A stretch of DNA of 64,000 nucleotides from Candidatus Kuenenia stuttgartensis (GTDB lineage Bacteria > Planctomycetota > UBA11346), in the NCBI GenBank assembly GCA_945876185.1, contig CAMCMZ010000011.1:3275-67274 (forward strand), read 5' to 3'. Below the pieces are notes generated by a model that saw only the letters and a list, made by a program, of their open reading frames with translations, was not told the DNA's origin and ran no database searches. Numbering within the stretch: the first letter of the stretch is position 1; every line of letters begins with the position of its first letter. The position numbers and the translations under genes were made by a program. Shown one piece after another: positions 1-8,204 of the stretch.

Positions 1-54
1 TGATGTGATCGAATCACGCCCATTCTTGAAACATTCCCACCGGAAAATCCAACA

Positions 55-154
55 AAAATCGCAAGTGCGCCCCAGATGCAAGGCGGGAGGAAGGAGTGTG
101 GCAGCGCCACATGACTGACGACCAACGCCGCAGCTGGGGTGCAATTGCGATTTT
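55..154 (-). repeat. PRE-1: 100-nt palindromic repeat element, subfamily A
   Basis: The 20-nt terminal inverted arms are aaaatcgcaagtgcgcccca and tggggtgcaattgcgatttt, with a central mini-hairpin tgtggc-agc-gccaca. It is near-identical to the copies at 13735 and 28544. In gene polarity it starts 8 nt after the stop (163-165) of the TPR gene. Confidence 0.9.
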
Positions 155-162
155 TGTGTGAG

Positions 163-921
163 TCAGTTCTTGGCCGGATCGCCGGCGGGGATGAGTGCGG
201 CACATTCGGCGACCACGTCCGGATTCGAACGGTCGCTGCGCAGGCCGGCCTGGTCGGCGATGGCGCGGGCCTGGTCGGCGTTGAGGTCGGTCGCGGCTGG
301 CAGCCCCAACGCAGCGCACGTGCGAGCCAGGCGGGCGAACAGCAGGAAGTCGTATTCGCCGCCCTTGCGGTGATAGGCGCGAAGCATCGCCGCTGATTCC
401 GTCAGCATACCCAGGGCTTCGTTGGGGCGCTTGAGGTCAAGATAGAGCGCGCCGAGGCCGCTGCGGGTGTTGATGATGCCGTTGGGGTCGTGGTGTTCGT
501 GGTAGGCCTTCAGCGCCGCGTCATAGGCCCGGCCGGCGGCGTCGAGGTCCTGGCCACGACGCAGGCAGTCGCCGCGCCGACGGAACATCAGCGGCCAGCC
601 TTGTAGGTCGTTGCTGGCGCGGAAGACACTCGTCGCCGCCTCGAAGCGGCCCAGGGCCTCGTCGCGCCGGCCGAGTTGCTCCAGCACCAGGCCCTGGTTC
701 TGCATGGTCCAGGCCGCCTGCTGCGAATTGTCGCATTCCTGAAAAAGATGCAGCGCCTGGGTGATGCGGTCGAGCGCCGTCGCGTAATCGCCCTGGCGCT
801 GGAGATCCATGCCCTGCGACCGCAAGGCCACCGCCTCGGCGAAACGCAGGCCGTCGCCGGCCCCGGCCCCTGGCCCGGAGAGGCGCACGGCGATGTGGGT
901 GCTGGAGATCGTCTTGCCCAT
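163..921 (-). CDS. TPR-repeat protein
   Basis: The ORF is 163..1113. I chose the internal ATG at 921 (MGKTISS) because the longer extension overlaps the 3' end of the GH10 gene. It carries several TPR-like helical repeats (QGDYATALDRITQALHLF, LGRRDEALGRFEAATSVF, GQDLDAAGRAYDAALKAY). Confidence 0.7.
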   Translation of the reverse strand: MGKTISSTHIAVRLSGPGAGAGDGLRFAEAVALRSQGMDLQRQGDYATALDRITQALHLFQECDNSQQAAWTMQNQGLVLEQLGRRDEALGRFEAATSVFRASNDLQGWPLMFRRRGDCLRRGQDLDAAGRAYDAALKAYHEHHDPNGIINTRSGLGALYLDLKRPNEALGMLTESAAMLRAYHRKGGEYDFLLFARLARTCAALGLPAATDLNADQARAIADQAGLRSDRSNPDVVAECAALIPAGDPAKN

Positions 922-1016
922 GGCTGCCCCCGGCGGGATTTTCCGCCAGGGAAAGATGGCTCCGCAAACCCGGATCCGCAACCCCGCACCGGGATCAGGA
1001 ATGGCCCAGCCGTGAA

Positions 1017-2255
1017 TCAGCCGTGCGTCAGCACCAGCGTCGCCTGCGGCGTCCCATCCAGGCGGAACGTGGCCTGCAGACCTGCCGCGCTGAAGCGGTA
1101 GTCCCCGGTCCAACCCTCAAGTTTCACGCAGCCGTTGGCGTCAGTCAGCAGACTGACCTCGGTGGTCCATTCGTCGACGAGTTCGGCCAGGCGGTGCGCC
1201 GCCGGCAGCGGGGTCCAGTCCTCTACCACCAAGGAGGCAGATCGGCCGAGCCAGTGCGCCTTCGGCCAGAAACCCCAGAGCAGGATCGCCCCCACCGCCG
1301 GATGGGCGTGCGCGGTGCGCAGCATCATCTCCAGGGTGTCCGCTCGGCGCACGTCGTCGTCGGTCTTGCTGCTGACCTCGGTGATGTGGATGGGCAGGCC
1401 GAGCGCCGCCAGGCGGTCGAGCCGGCGCCAGACGTCTTCGTGCACCAATGGCCCGCGCCCGGTGCGCTCGGGGCGTTCGATCTCGTCTGCCGCGATCTTC
1501 AGGTCTGGAGCATAACGCTCGACCGCGTGCTCCTGGATGCCAATACCGCCGACCGGTGCCCCGCGCTGGCGCAGGTCGTCGATCAGGCGCAGGTAGCGCT
1601 CCAGCTTCTCGTCCTGGTCGAGAATGCCGTATTCATTGACGTAGAGCGGGCAGCCCGGATTGGCGTCGTAGGCCGCCTTGAAGATGTCGGCGTGGATCGC
1701 CGGCCCAAGCCGGCCGCCGAAGAAGCCGCCGTCCAACAGTTCGTTGTTCACGTCCCAGGCGATGAGCCGGCCGCGATAGCGCCCGACGAGGTCGCTGATG
1801 CGCGCGAACACGCGGCGGCGCAATTCATCCGGTGCCAGTTCCTGCACCCACGGTTGGGCGAACTTCTGCTTGTCCCAGAACAGGCAGTGCCCCCGCATCG
1901 GCAGGCCGTGAGATTCCGACCACGCCAGTTTCCGGTCGGCATTGGCATAGCCGACCTCATCGCACTGCGGTTCAGTCGCGTACCATTTCATCGCATTTTC
2001 GCATACCGTCGCGTTGAAGTGCCGGCGCACGAAACCCCGGTAGGCTTCGCCGGTGCGACTTTGCTCAAGCAATTGCGGCGCAACGCAGGTGCCGACCAGG
2101 AACGGATTGCGGATCAGCCGCGCCGTGATCCAGGTGCCGGCCAACGGCCGTCCGTCGGGACGGCGCAGGGTGAGCGTGGAGGAACGCCAGCGGTGCTGAC
2201 GGCTGCGGGCGCGACAGGCAGCGCGCCAGTCGGTGGATGAGGTTAAGTAATCCAT
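1017..2255 (-). CDS. Glycoside hydrolase family 10 (endo-1,4-beta-xylanase-like)
   Basis: GH10 signature segments are present: ENAMKWYATEP, WDVNNE (acid/base Glu) and IHITEVS (nucleophile Glu). The start is ATG at 2255. No obvious signal peptide. Confidence 0.8.
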   Translation of the reverse strand: MDYLTSSTDWRAACRARSRQHRWRSSTLTLRRPDGRPLAGTWITARLIRNPFLVGTCVAPQLLEQSRTGEAYRGFVRRHFNATVCENAMKWYATEPQCDEVGYANADRKLAWSESHGLPMRGHCLFWDKQKFAQPWVQELAPDELRRRVFARISDLVGRYRGRLIAWDVNNELLDGGFFGGRLGPAIHADIFKAAYDANPGCPLYVNEYGILDQDEKLERYLRLIDDLRQRGAPVGGIGIQEHAVERYAPDLKIAADEIERPERTGRGPLVHEDVWRRLDRLAALGLPIHITEVSSKTDDDVRRADTLEMMLRTAHAHPAVGAILLWGFWPKAHWLGRSASLVVEDWTPLPAAHRLAELVDEWTTEVSLLTDANGCVKLEGWTGDYRFSAAGLQATFRLDGTPQATLVLTHG

Positions 2256-2299
2256 GATTGACCTTTACGGTTGATCAATGACGTAATGCGACGAATTCA

Positions 2300-3298
2300 T
2301 TATTCCTCATAATCAGTCGACTTTTCAGCAATGTCTATGCTTGCCATCGCGAGAATGACCGAGTCTGGAAGTGGTGAGAATATAGACGATAACTGCGAAC
2401 TTTTTTCTGACAGAGTCAAAGGTGAACGCGTGTCCTTTATCCATTTTATCGCACATTTGACACATCCGCGAAGCGCGCCTATCCGATACCATTCGCTACA
2501 CGAATTCCCCGTGGGATTACTCCTCGAATTCTCCGCGATCAATCCAAGAATATACATGGAAGCATCCGAATTGATTGCCTTTTCAACCTCAGAACAGTTC
2601 TTAAACAATCGTTCAATCAACACGTTGAAATATCGTTTGCCATAATCGCTGTAGATCTCCTTGGACCAAACCTCTAGCAGCGACTGTAGGTCATCAATTG
2701 ACAAACGCTTGCGCTCGTTGATGGCGTGCAGCGTGACGTAAATGTTCAATGCCGACCGGGAATCCTTGATGGCAATTCCTCTAGGTCTCTGTCTTGCAAT
2801 TGCCTGTCGTTTGAATTCATAGGCATCGTCGATGAGAATCGCGATCATCTTTTCATGAATTGCAGTCACATGGCCAAGTATGTCCGCCATGGCAAAGTGT
2901 TTTCGCGCTACTGTCAAAGATCTCTGGAGCCCCATGCCAGTAGCATATTTATGTCCTAGAAAGTGGTGTTCCAACGCGGAGAGATGCTTCTTTCTAATTA
3001 TTCTGGGAAAGCGGTTGTCGTACTGAAGGTTGCGAAACTGGATACAGTTAAGATCTGTCCTCTTCCAACTATAGCCCCATGATCGCAAATGATCAGCCAG
3101 GAGCAGGCAGCCAATATCATCATCCAATTCAAATAGTTTCCAGCAAATGGACTCAACAATCATTTGGGATTTTCGAAGCGAAGCACCCCCATTTTTTCTT
3201 GGGAAATCCTTCACCAGAACATGTTTCAGGTAGAGTGCTTGCAGAGTCGCTTTTTGAGTCCGTATGACACGATTCCCACTTCTTCGATGCCCAATCAT
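2300..3298 (-). CDS. Orphan hypothetical protein on a low-GC islet
   Basis: A 332-334 aa uninterrupted ORF (ATG at 3298, or GTG at 3304 overlapping the alaA stop). Hand-counted 60-nt lines give 35-48% GC against ~65-70% in the flanks. I recognise no motif. Confidence 0.7.
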   Translation of the reverse strand: MIGHRRSGNRVIRTQKATLQALYLKHVLVKDFPRKNGGASLRKSQMIVESICWKLFELDDDIGCLLLADHLRSWGYSWKRTDLNCIQFRNLQYDNRFPRIIRKKHLSALEHHFLGHKYATGMGLQRSLTVARKHFAMADILGHVTAIHEKMIAILIDDAYEFKRQAIARQRPRGIAIKDSRSALNIYVTLHAINERKRLSIDDLQSLLEVWSKEIYSDYGKRYFNVLIERLFKNCSEVEKAINSDASMYILGLIAENSRSNPTGNSCSEWYRIGALRGCVKCAIKWIKDTRSPLTLSEKSSQLSSIFSPLPDSVILAMASIDIAEKSTDYEE

Positions 3299-3300
3299 TC

Positions 3301-4545
3301 TCACCCCCTCGTCCCCCGCCGAGTCCCCCGCGCATATTCATCCAGCAGTTCCTCCATCTTCCCAAACACCTGCCGCATCTGACCCGCCTCGGGCAGCAGC
3401 GTGATGCGAAAGTGGTCGGCATAGGGCACGTTGAAGCCGTGGCCGGGGGTGACCAGGACGTGCTTGCGCTCCAGCAGATCCAACGCGAAGCGCTTGTCGT
3501 CGAAACCAGGCAGCGCCTCGGGTTTCACGCGCAACCAGGCGTAGATCGCGCCCTGCGGCGCGACCACGTCGAAATAGCGGCTGGCGGCGACGCCATCGAC
3601 CACGGCCTTGCGGGTCTCGTAGAGCCGCCCACCCGGTTTGGTGAGATCCCAGATCGATTGATGCCCGCCGAGCGCGGTCTGCACCGCCCACTGGCCGGGC
3701 ACGTTGGAGCAGAGCCTGAGACCTGCGAGCAGATCGAGCGCGAGCAGGTAATCGCGCGCGTGTTCCGTCTCACCGCTGAATGAGACCCAGCCGACGCGGT
3801 AGCCGCAGGCGCGGTAGACCTTGCTCAGGCCGCCGAAAGTGCCGACCAGGGTGCCATGGCAGACGGTAGCCATCGGGATGTAGGTGGCCCCGTCGTACAG
3901 GATCTGGTCGTAGATCTCGTCGCTGAACACCACCAGGCCGTGTTCTTCCGCAATGCGGGCGATGGCTTCCAGGGTGGCGCGCGGGTACACCGCGCCGGTC
4001 GGATTGTTGGGGTTGATCACCACGATCGCCCGCGTCTTCGGCCCGATGAGCGCGGCCAGGGCGGCGACATCAGGCTGATAGCCGAGTTCGCGCGGGCAGG
4101 GGTAGTGGCGCGCAAGGCCGCCGGCGAGCGTCGTCGCCGCCGTCCACAGCGGATAGTCGGGACTCGGGATCAGCACCTCGTCGCCATCGTTGAGCAGCGC
4201 GCGCAGGCACGACGAGATCAGTTCGCTGACCCCGTTGCCGATGAAGACCTCGTCGGCGGTGACGTCCATCACACCGCGGCTCTGCAATTGCATGACCACG
4301 GCCTCGCGCGCCGGGAAGATACCCTTCTGCGGGCCGTAGGCATCGGCCTGGTCGAGGTTCTCGATGATGGCGCGACGCATCGATTCCGGGGCGCGGAATC
4401 CGAAATTCCCAGGGTTTCCGATGTTCAACTTGACGATGTCGTAGCCGCTCTTTTCCAACTCGGCTGCACGCCGGGCGAGCGGGCCACGGATCTCGTAGCG
4501 GACGTTGGTGAGGCTTTGGCTGGGGACGATGGGCGGGGGCGGCAT
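3301..4545 (-). CDS. alaA: Alanine (glutamate-pyruvate) aminotransferase, class I PLP aminotransferase
   Basis: Colinear similarity to E. coli AlaA/YfbQ as I recall it: YEIRGP, KLNIGNP, GNGVSELI, PDYPLWTAA, INPNNPTGAVY, GLSKVYRACGYRVGW, RLCSNVP, GGRLYE. Confidence 0.9.
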   Translation of the reverse strand: MPPPPIVPSQSLTNVRYEIRGPLARRAAELEKSGYDIVKLNIGNPGNFGFRAPESMRRAIIENLDQADAYGPQKGIFPAREAVVMQLQSRGVMDVTADEVFIGNGVSELISSCLRALLNDGDEVLIPSPDYPLWTAATTLAGGLARHYPCPRELGYQPDVAALAALIGPKTRAIVVINPNNPTGAVYPRATLEAIARIAEEHGLVVFSDEIYDQILYDGATYIPMATVCHGTLVGTFGGLSKVYRACGYRVGWVSFSGETEHARDYLLALDLLAGLRLCSNVPGQWAVQTALGGHQSIWDLTKPGGRLYETRKAVVDGVAASRYFDVVAPQGAIYAWLRVKPEALPGFDDKRFALDLLERKHVLVTPGHGFNVPYADHFRITLLPEAGQMRQVFGKMEELLDEYARGTRRGTRG

Positions 4546-4605
4546 GGCGGTCTTCCGGAAACGGTGGTCGGGACGAGGCCCGGCACCCGGACCTCATACG
4601 GATGT

Positions 4606-5094
4606 TCAGCCGGCGGCGAGCTTCTGCAGCCACTCGCCGGACAGGCGGTAGCTCGTCCAGGCGCTGGTCGGCGTCGCGCCGAGGGTCTCGAAGAACTCGA
4701 TCGCCACGGTGTTCCACAGCAGCACGGTGAACTCGACGCGGCCATACTGGCGCTCGACCGCGATCTTGGCGATGTGGCGCAGCAGGTGGGTGGCGATGCC
4801 GAGGTTGCGGTGCTCTTCGCGCACGTAGATGTCCTCCAGGTACATCCCGCGCTTCGCCGCGAAGGTGGAATAACTCTGGAAGAACACGGCAAATCCGACC
4901 GCCTTGCCGTCGAGCAGGGCCAACACCGGCTCGATCACCTTGTCCGGCCGCGACAGTTCCGCCCGCAGGCTGGCCACGCTCGACTGGCTGGGCAGGCGCT
5001 CATACGCAGCGAAGGCCGCGATCATCTCATGGAGGATCTCGGCATCGTCGGCAGTCGCCATCCGGATGACCAGGCCAGGCACAGCGTGCTTCAC
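4606..5094 (-). CDS. GNAT family N-acetyltransferase
   Basis: GNAT core LEDIYVREEHRNLGIATHLLRHIAKIA (acetyl-CoA binding region) with a diamine-acetyltransferase-like layout. The start is ambiguous: GTG 5094, ATG 5061 or ATG 5142. Confidence 0.75.
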   Translation of the reverse strand: MKHAVPGLVIRMATADDAEILHEMIAAFAAYERLPSQSSVASLRAELSRPDKVIEPVLALLDGKAVGFAVFFQSYSTFAAKRGMYLEDIYVREEHRNLGIATHLLRHIAKIAVERQYGRVEFTVLLWNTVAIEFFETLGATPTSAWTSYRLSGEWLQKLAAG

Positions 5095-5251
5095 GGGTTC
5101 TCCTCGCGAGGCGCATCCAACGCCGGAGCCGGGGTGGGTCAAGCGTAGCGTCGGGCTGCACGCGTCGGAGTTTGTGCCAGACCACCTGCGGCCGCGGCGT
5201 TGAACCTCAACGGCTGCGCCGCACCATGCGTTCGCTGATCAAGGAGTCTGC

Positions 5252-8194
5252 ATGGAAGGCATCGTCATCCTGGTCGTCTTGGGGCTTCTCGGACTGCTTC
5301 TCCTGCCGCTCATCCTGGCGATCGTCGCCACCGGTCGCGTCAATCGGCTGCAACGCGAGGTCGAGCAACTGACCATCCGTTTGAGATTTCTCGAGGACCG
5401 CCGGCCCGAACCAGCCGCACGGGCGCAAGAGCCGCTTGGCAAACCGACGATCCTGCCAGCGGCGTCGAAACCAGAGTCTCCACCAAGGGCATCCTCGCCC
5501 CCCGCATGGACCACCGTGCCGACCGTCGCCGATGTGTCAGACACGGCCGAACCCACTGCGGAAGCTGACGCGGCTGCGGTGGCTGCGATACCTGATGTGG
5601 CTGCGGTACTGGCTGCGGAGCGTAGGAAACCTGTGGTTTTTACGTCCGCATCCCCGCTGGATTCACCGATCCCAGCCGCGAAACCAACTCCACTCACCCT
5701 ACCGACCGCCAACGTCTCCGAATCTCCTTCTCTCACCCCAGCTCTGTCCCCCAGGCCGTTTTCAGCGACGCGTTCTCCCGCGCCTGCGGTCGTCACTGCC
5801 GAGCCACGGCAGGACACCCCGCAACGATCCCAGGCCCAGGCCGGATTCGACCTCGAACGGCTCATCGGCCAACGCGGTCTGACCATCGCCGGCGTGGCGG
5901 TGCTGGTGCTCGGTGCCGCGTTCTTCCTCAAATACGCCTATGACCAGGACTGGTTGGGCCGGGTCATCGGACCGCGCATGCGCATCGCCCTCATCGCGGC
6001 GGCGGCGCTGGGCATGGCCGTGGCCGGTTTGCGGCTGCTCGCGCGGATGTCCGCCCTCGGACAGGGTCTGGTTGCAGGCGGGCTTGCCCTCGCCTACCTC
6101 GCGGTCTACGGGGCGCTGAAACCGGCCCTGGGCATCACGCCGGTCGCGCTGATTTCGCCCGGCATCGGTTTCGTCCTGCTCGCCAGCATCACCGCTGCGG
6201 GCGTCGCGGTGGCGGTGCGCAAGGATCTGCTCGCCCTGGCGATCGGGTCGTTGATCGGCGGCCTGGCCGCCCCCGCCCTGGCCAGCACCGGCGGCGGGGA
6301 TCGCGACATCCTGTTCACCTACCTGCTGCTGCTGGATCTCGGCGTGCTCGCCGCCGCCTGGTGGCGGCGCTGGCGCAGCCTGGACTGCCTGGCCTTCGCC
6401 GGCACCGCCCTGTATTTCGCGGTCTGGTACCACCAGCACCAGCTTCCCGAATCTGGCAATGACGCGACCAGCATGCTGATCTGGCTCGGGATCTACCACC
6501 TTGTCTTCCTGGTCATCCCCTTCGCCCACCATTGGCGCCTGGGTACCGCCGTGGCGTTCGAACGCTTCGGTCTCGCGCTGGGCAACCTCGCCTTCGCGCT
6601 CGGTTATGCCGGCGCCCTGTTCGGTCGCGGCACCGCCTTGGGGCTGACCTGCGCCGGCGGTGCGGCCCTGTACCTGGCGTTGGGCCTGATCACCGCCCGC
6701 CGCTGCCCGGACGACGGCACCGCACGGCATGGCTTCCAGACCCTGGCGATCCTGCTCCTCACCCTCGGTCTGCTCTTCCTGCTGCCGGTGGACACCGTGG
6801 CGGTGGCCTGGGCCGCCGAATCCGTGGCGCTGCTCTGGCTGGGCTGGAGGTTCGCCTCGCTGCCGGTGCGGATCTGCGCTGCCGGGGTGCTCGGTGTGAC
6901 CATCCTGCGCGTGCTCATCCTCCATGTTCCGCTTGCCGTTCCGACGGATCCCTTGGTCTTCAACACCTGGTTCCCCACCCTGCTCGCCATCCCTGCCGCC
7001 ACCGCAGCCGCGGCCTGGATCCATCGCTGGCACGGCGCGACCGGCGCCGAGGCCACCTGGAGCCGCATCCTGGCGCACGGCGCTGGTCTGATGCTGCTGA
7101 CCGCTGCGACCGCCGAACTGTGTCGCCATGCAGAAGGCCATGCCCAGGCCTGGGCCGGACTGCCCCTCGGCTCGGTCATCGCCCTGCTCTGGGCGATCGG
7201 GGCCGGCGCTTACGTGGTGGTCGGACAACGCGGACAACGCGCAGGCACCACGCTCTTCGCCCTCGTGCCCGCGCTGATCGCCGGGATCAGTGCTTTCGCG
7301 GCCTATGGCGACGCCTGGGCCTTCAGTCTTCCGGTCGCGAACCTGCGCTTCGCGGCCATCGCTGCGGTGGTCGCCGTCTGGTTGTGGATCGGCCGCGCAA
7401 CCAACGGTACCTGGTCGGTCCTGGCCGAGGTCATCGCCCTCATCGGATCCGCCTTGGCGGTTTCCAGCGAAACCGGGGCCTGGCTGTCCTCGACCAACGA
7501 AACCGCTGCCCGCGCCGGGGCAAGCTGGTCGCAGTACTGGATGTGGTGGACGGCGCTGGGCTGGATCCTGCTCGCCGCCCTGGCCGGCCTGAGTCCGCTG
7601 CGGCATCGCCCGGGTTGGCGCAGCACTGGTCTGGTCCTGCTGCTGCTCGCGGCCCCGCTGACCTTCGGCGGCTACGCCTGCGACTGGCATCCCAACCTGC
7701 CCATCCTCAACCAGCGCTTCCTGCCTCCTGCCCTGCTGGTGCTGGTCCTGGCGCTGCTGGCGCGCAGCGCCAGCGATAGCGGGCCACGCCGCACCCTGGC
7801 CTGGATCGCGATCCTGGGCGGTTTCTGTTTTCTCACCGTGGAACCTCCCGCCTGGGCGCTGGATCATTTCAGCGATCGGGTCGTGGCCGGTCGCATCGCC
7901 ACGTTCAGCGTGACGGCGATCTGGGTGACCCTGGCGGTCGTCGGCCTGACGCTCGGATTCCGCTACCGGATCCGCCTCGCACGTTGGCTCGCGCTCGGCC
8001 TGTTCGGTCTCATCGCGATCAAACTGCTGCTGCTCGACATGCAGGGAGCACAACAGATCTGGCGCATCCTGGCGTTCATCCTCACCGGGGTGGTGCTGAT
8101 CGCGGCATCGTTCGTCTACCACCGGTTGGAGCAGCGTCTGGGCAGTCAACCGGGCCCCACGGCGCCAGGCCGGGATGAGGTTCCGCCGGTCTGA
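5252..8194 (+). CDS. Large polytopic membrane protein (DUF2339-like)
   Basis: AAGGAG lies 6 nt upstream of the ATG at 5252. The protein has an N-terminal TM helix, a short coiled coil (RVNRLQREVEQLTIRLRFLE), a Pro/Ala-rich linker and then more than 20 hydrophobic helices. This architecture matches DUF2339 as I recall it. Confidence 0.8.
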   Translation: MEGIVILVVLGLLGLLLLPLILAIVATGRVNRLQREVEQLTIRLRFLEDRRPEPAARAQEPLGKPTILPAASKPESPPRASSPPAWTTVPTVADVSDTAEPTAEADAAAVAAIPDVAAVLAAERRKPVVFTSASPLDSPIPAAKPTPLTLPTANVSESPSLTPALSPRPFSATRSPAPAVVTAEPRQDTPQRSQAQAGFDLERLIGQRGLTIAGVAVLVLGAAFFLKYAYDQDWLGRVIGPRMRIALIAAAALGMAVAGLRLLARMSALGQGLVAGGLALAYLAVYGALKPALGITPVALISPGIGFVLLASITAAGVAVAVRKDLLALAIGSLIGGLAAPALASTGGGDRDILFTYLLLLDLGVLAAAWWRRWRSLDCLAFAGTALYFAVWYHQHQLPESGNDATSMLIWLGIYHLVFLVIPFAHHWRLGTAVAFERFGLALGNLAFALGYAGALFGRGTALGLTCAGGAALYLALGLITARRCPDDGTARHGFQTLAILLLTLGLLFLLPVDTVAVAWAAESVALLWLGWRFASLPVRICAAGVLGVTILRVLILHVPLAVPTDPLVFNTWFPTLLAIPAATAAAAWIHRWHGATGAEATWSRILAHGAGLMLLTAATAELCRHAEGHAQAWAGLPLGSVIALLWAIGAGAYVVVGQRGQRAGTTLFALVPALIAGISAFAAYGDAWAFSLPVANLRFAAIAAVVAVWLWIGRATNGTWSVLAEVIALIGSALAVSSETGAWLSSTNETAARAGASWSQYWMWWTALGWILLAALAGLSPLRHRPGWRSTGLVLLLLAAPLTFGGYACDWHPNLPILNQRFLPPALLVLVLALLARSASDSGPRRTLAWIAILGGFCFLTVEPPAWALDHFSDRVVAGRIATFSVTAIWVTLAVVGLTLGFRYRIRLARWLALGLFGLIAIKLLLLDMQGAQQIWRILAFILTGVVLIAASFVYHRLEQRLGSQPGPTAPGRDEVPPV

Positions 8195-8204
8195 CGCCTC
8201 ACCC

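Noticed and set aside
14-319. ORFs reading through PRE copies, for example 14-319(-), 14761-15186(-), 28376-28894(+) and 60327-60830(+), which share peptides such as IAIAPQLRRWSSV..WRC.TPSSRLASGA.
   Set aside because: The shared peptide is simply the translated repeat. The flanking parts of these ORFs are antisense or out of frame with real genes and differ from copy to copy. Only the pseudopilin leader case (31971-32072) is in a plausible coding context.
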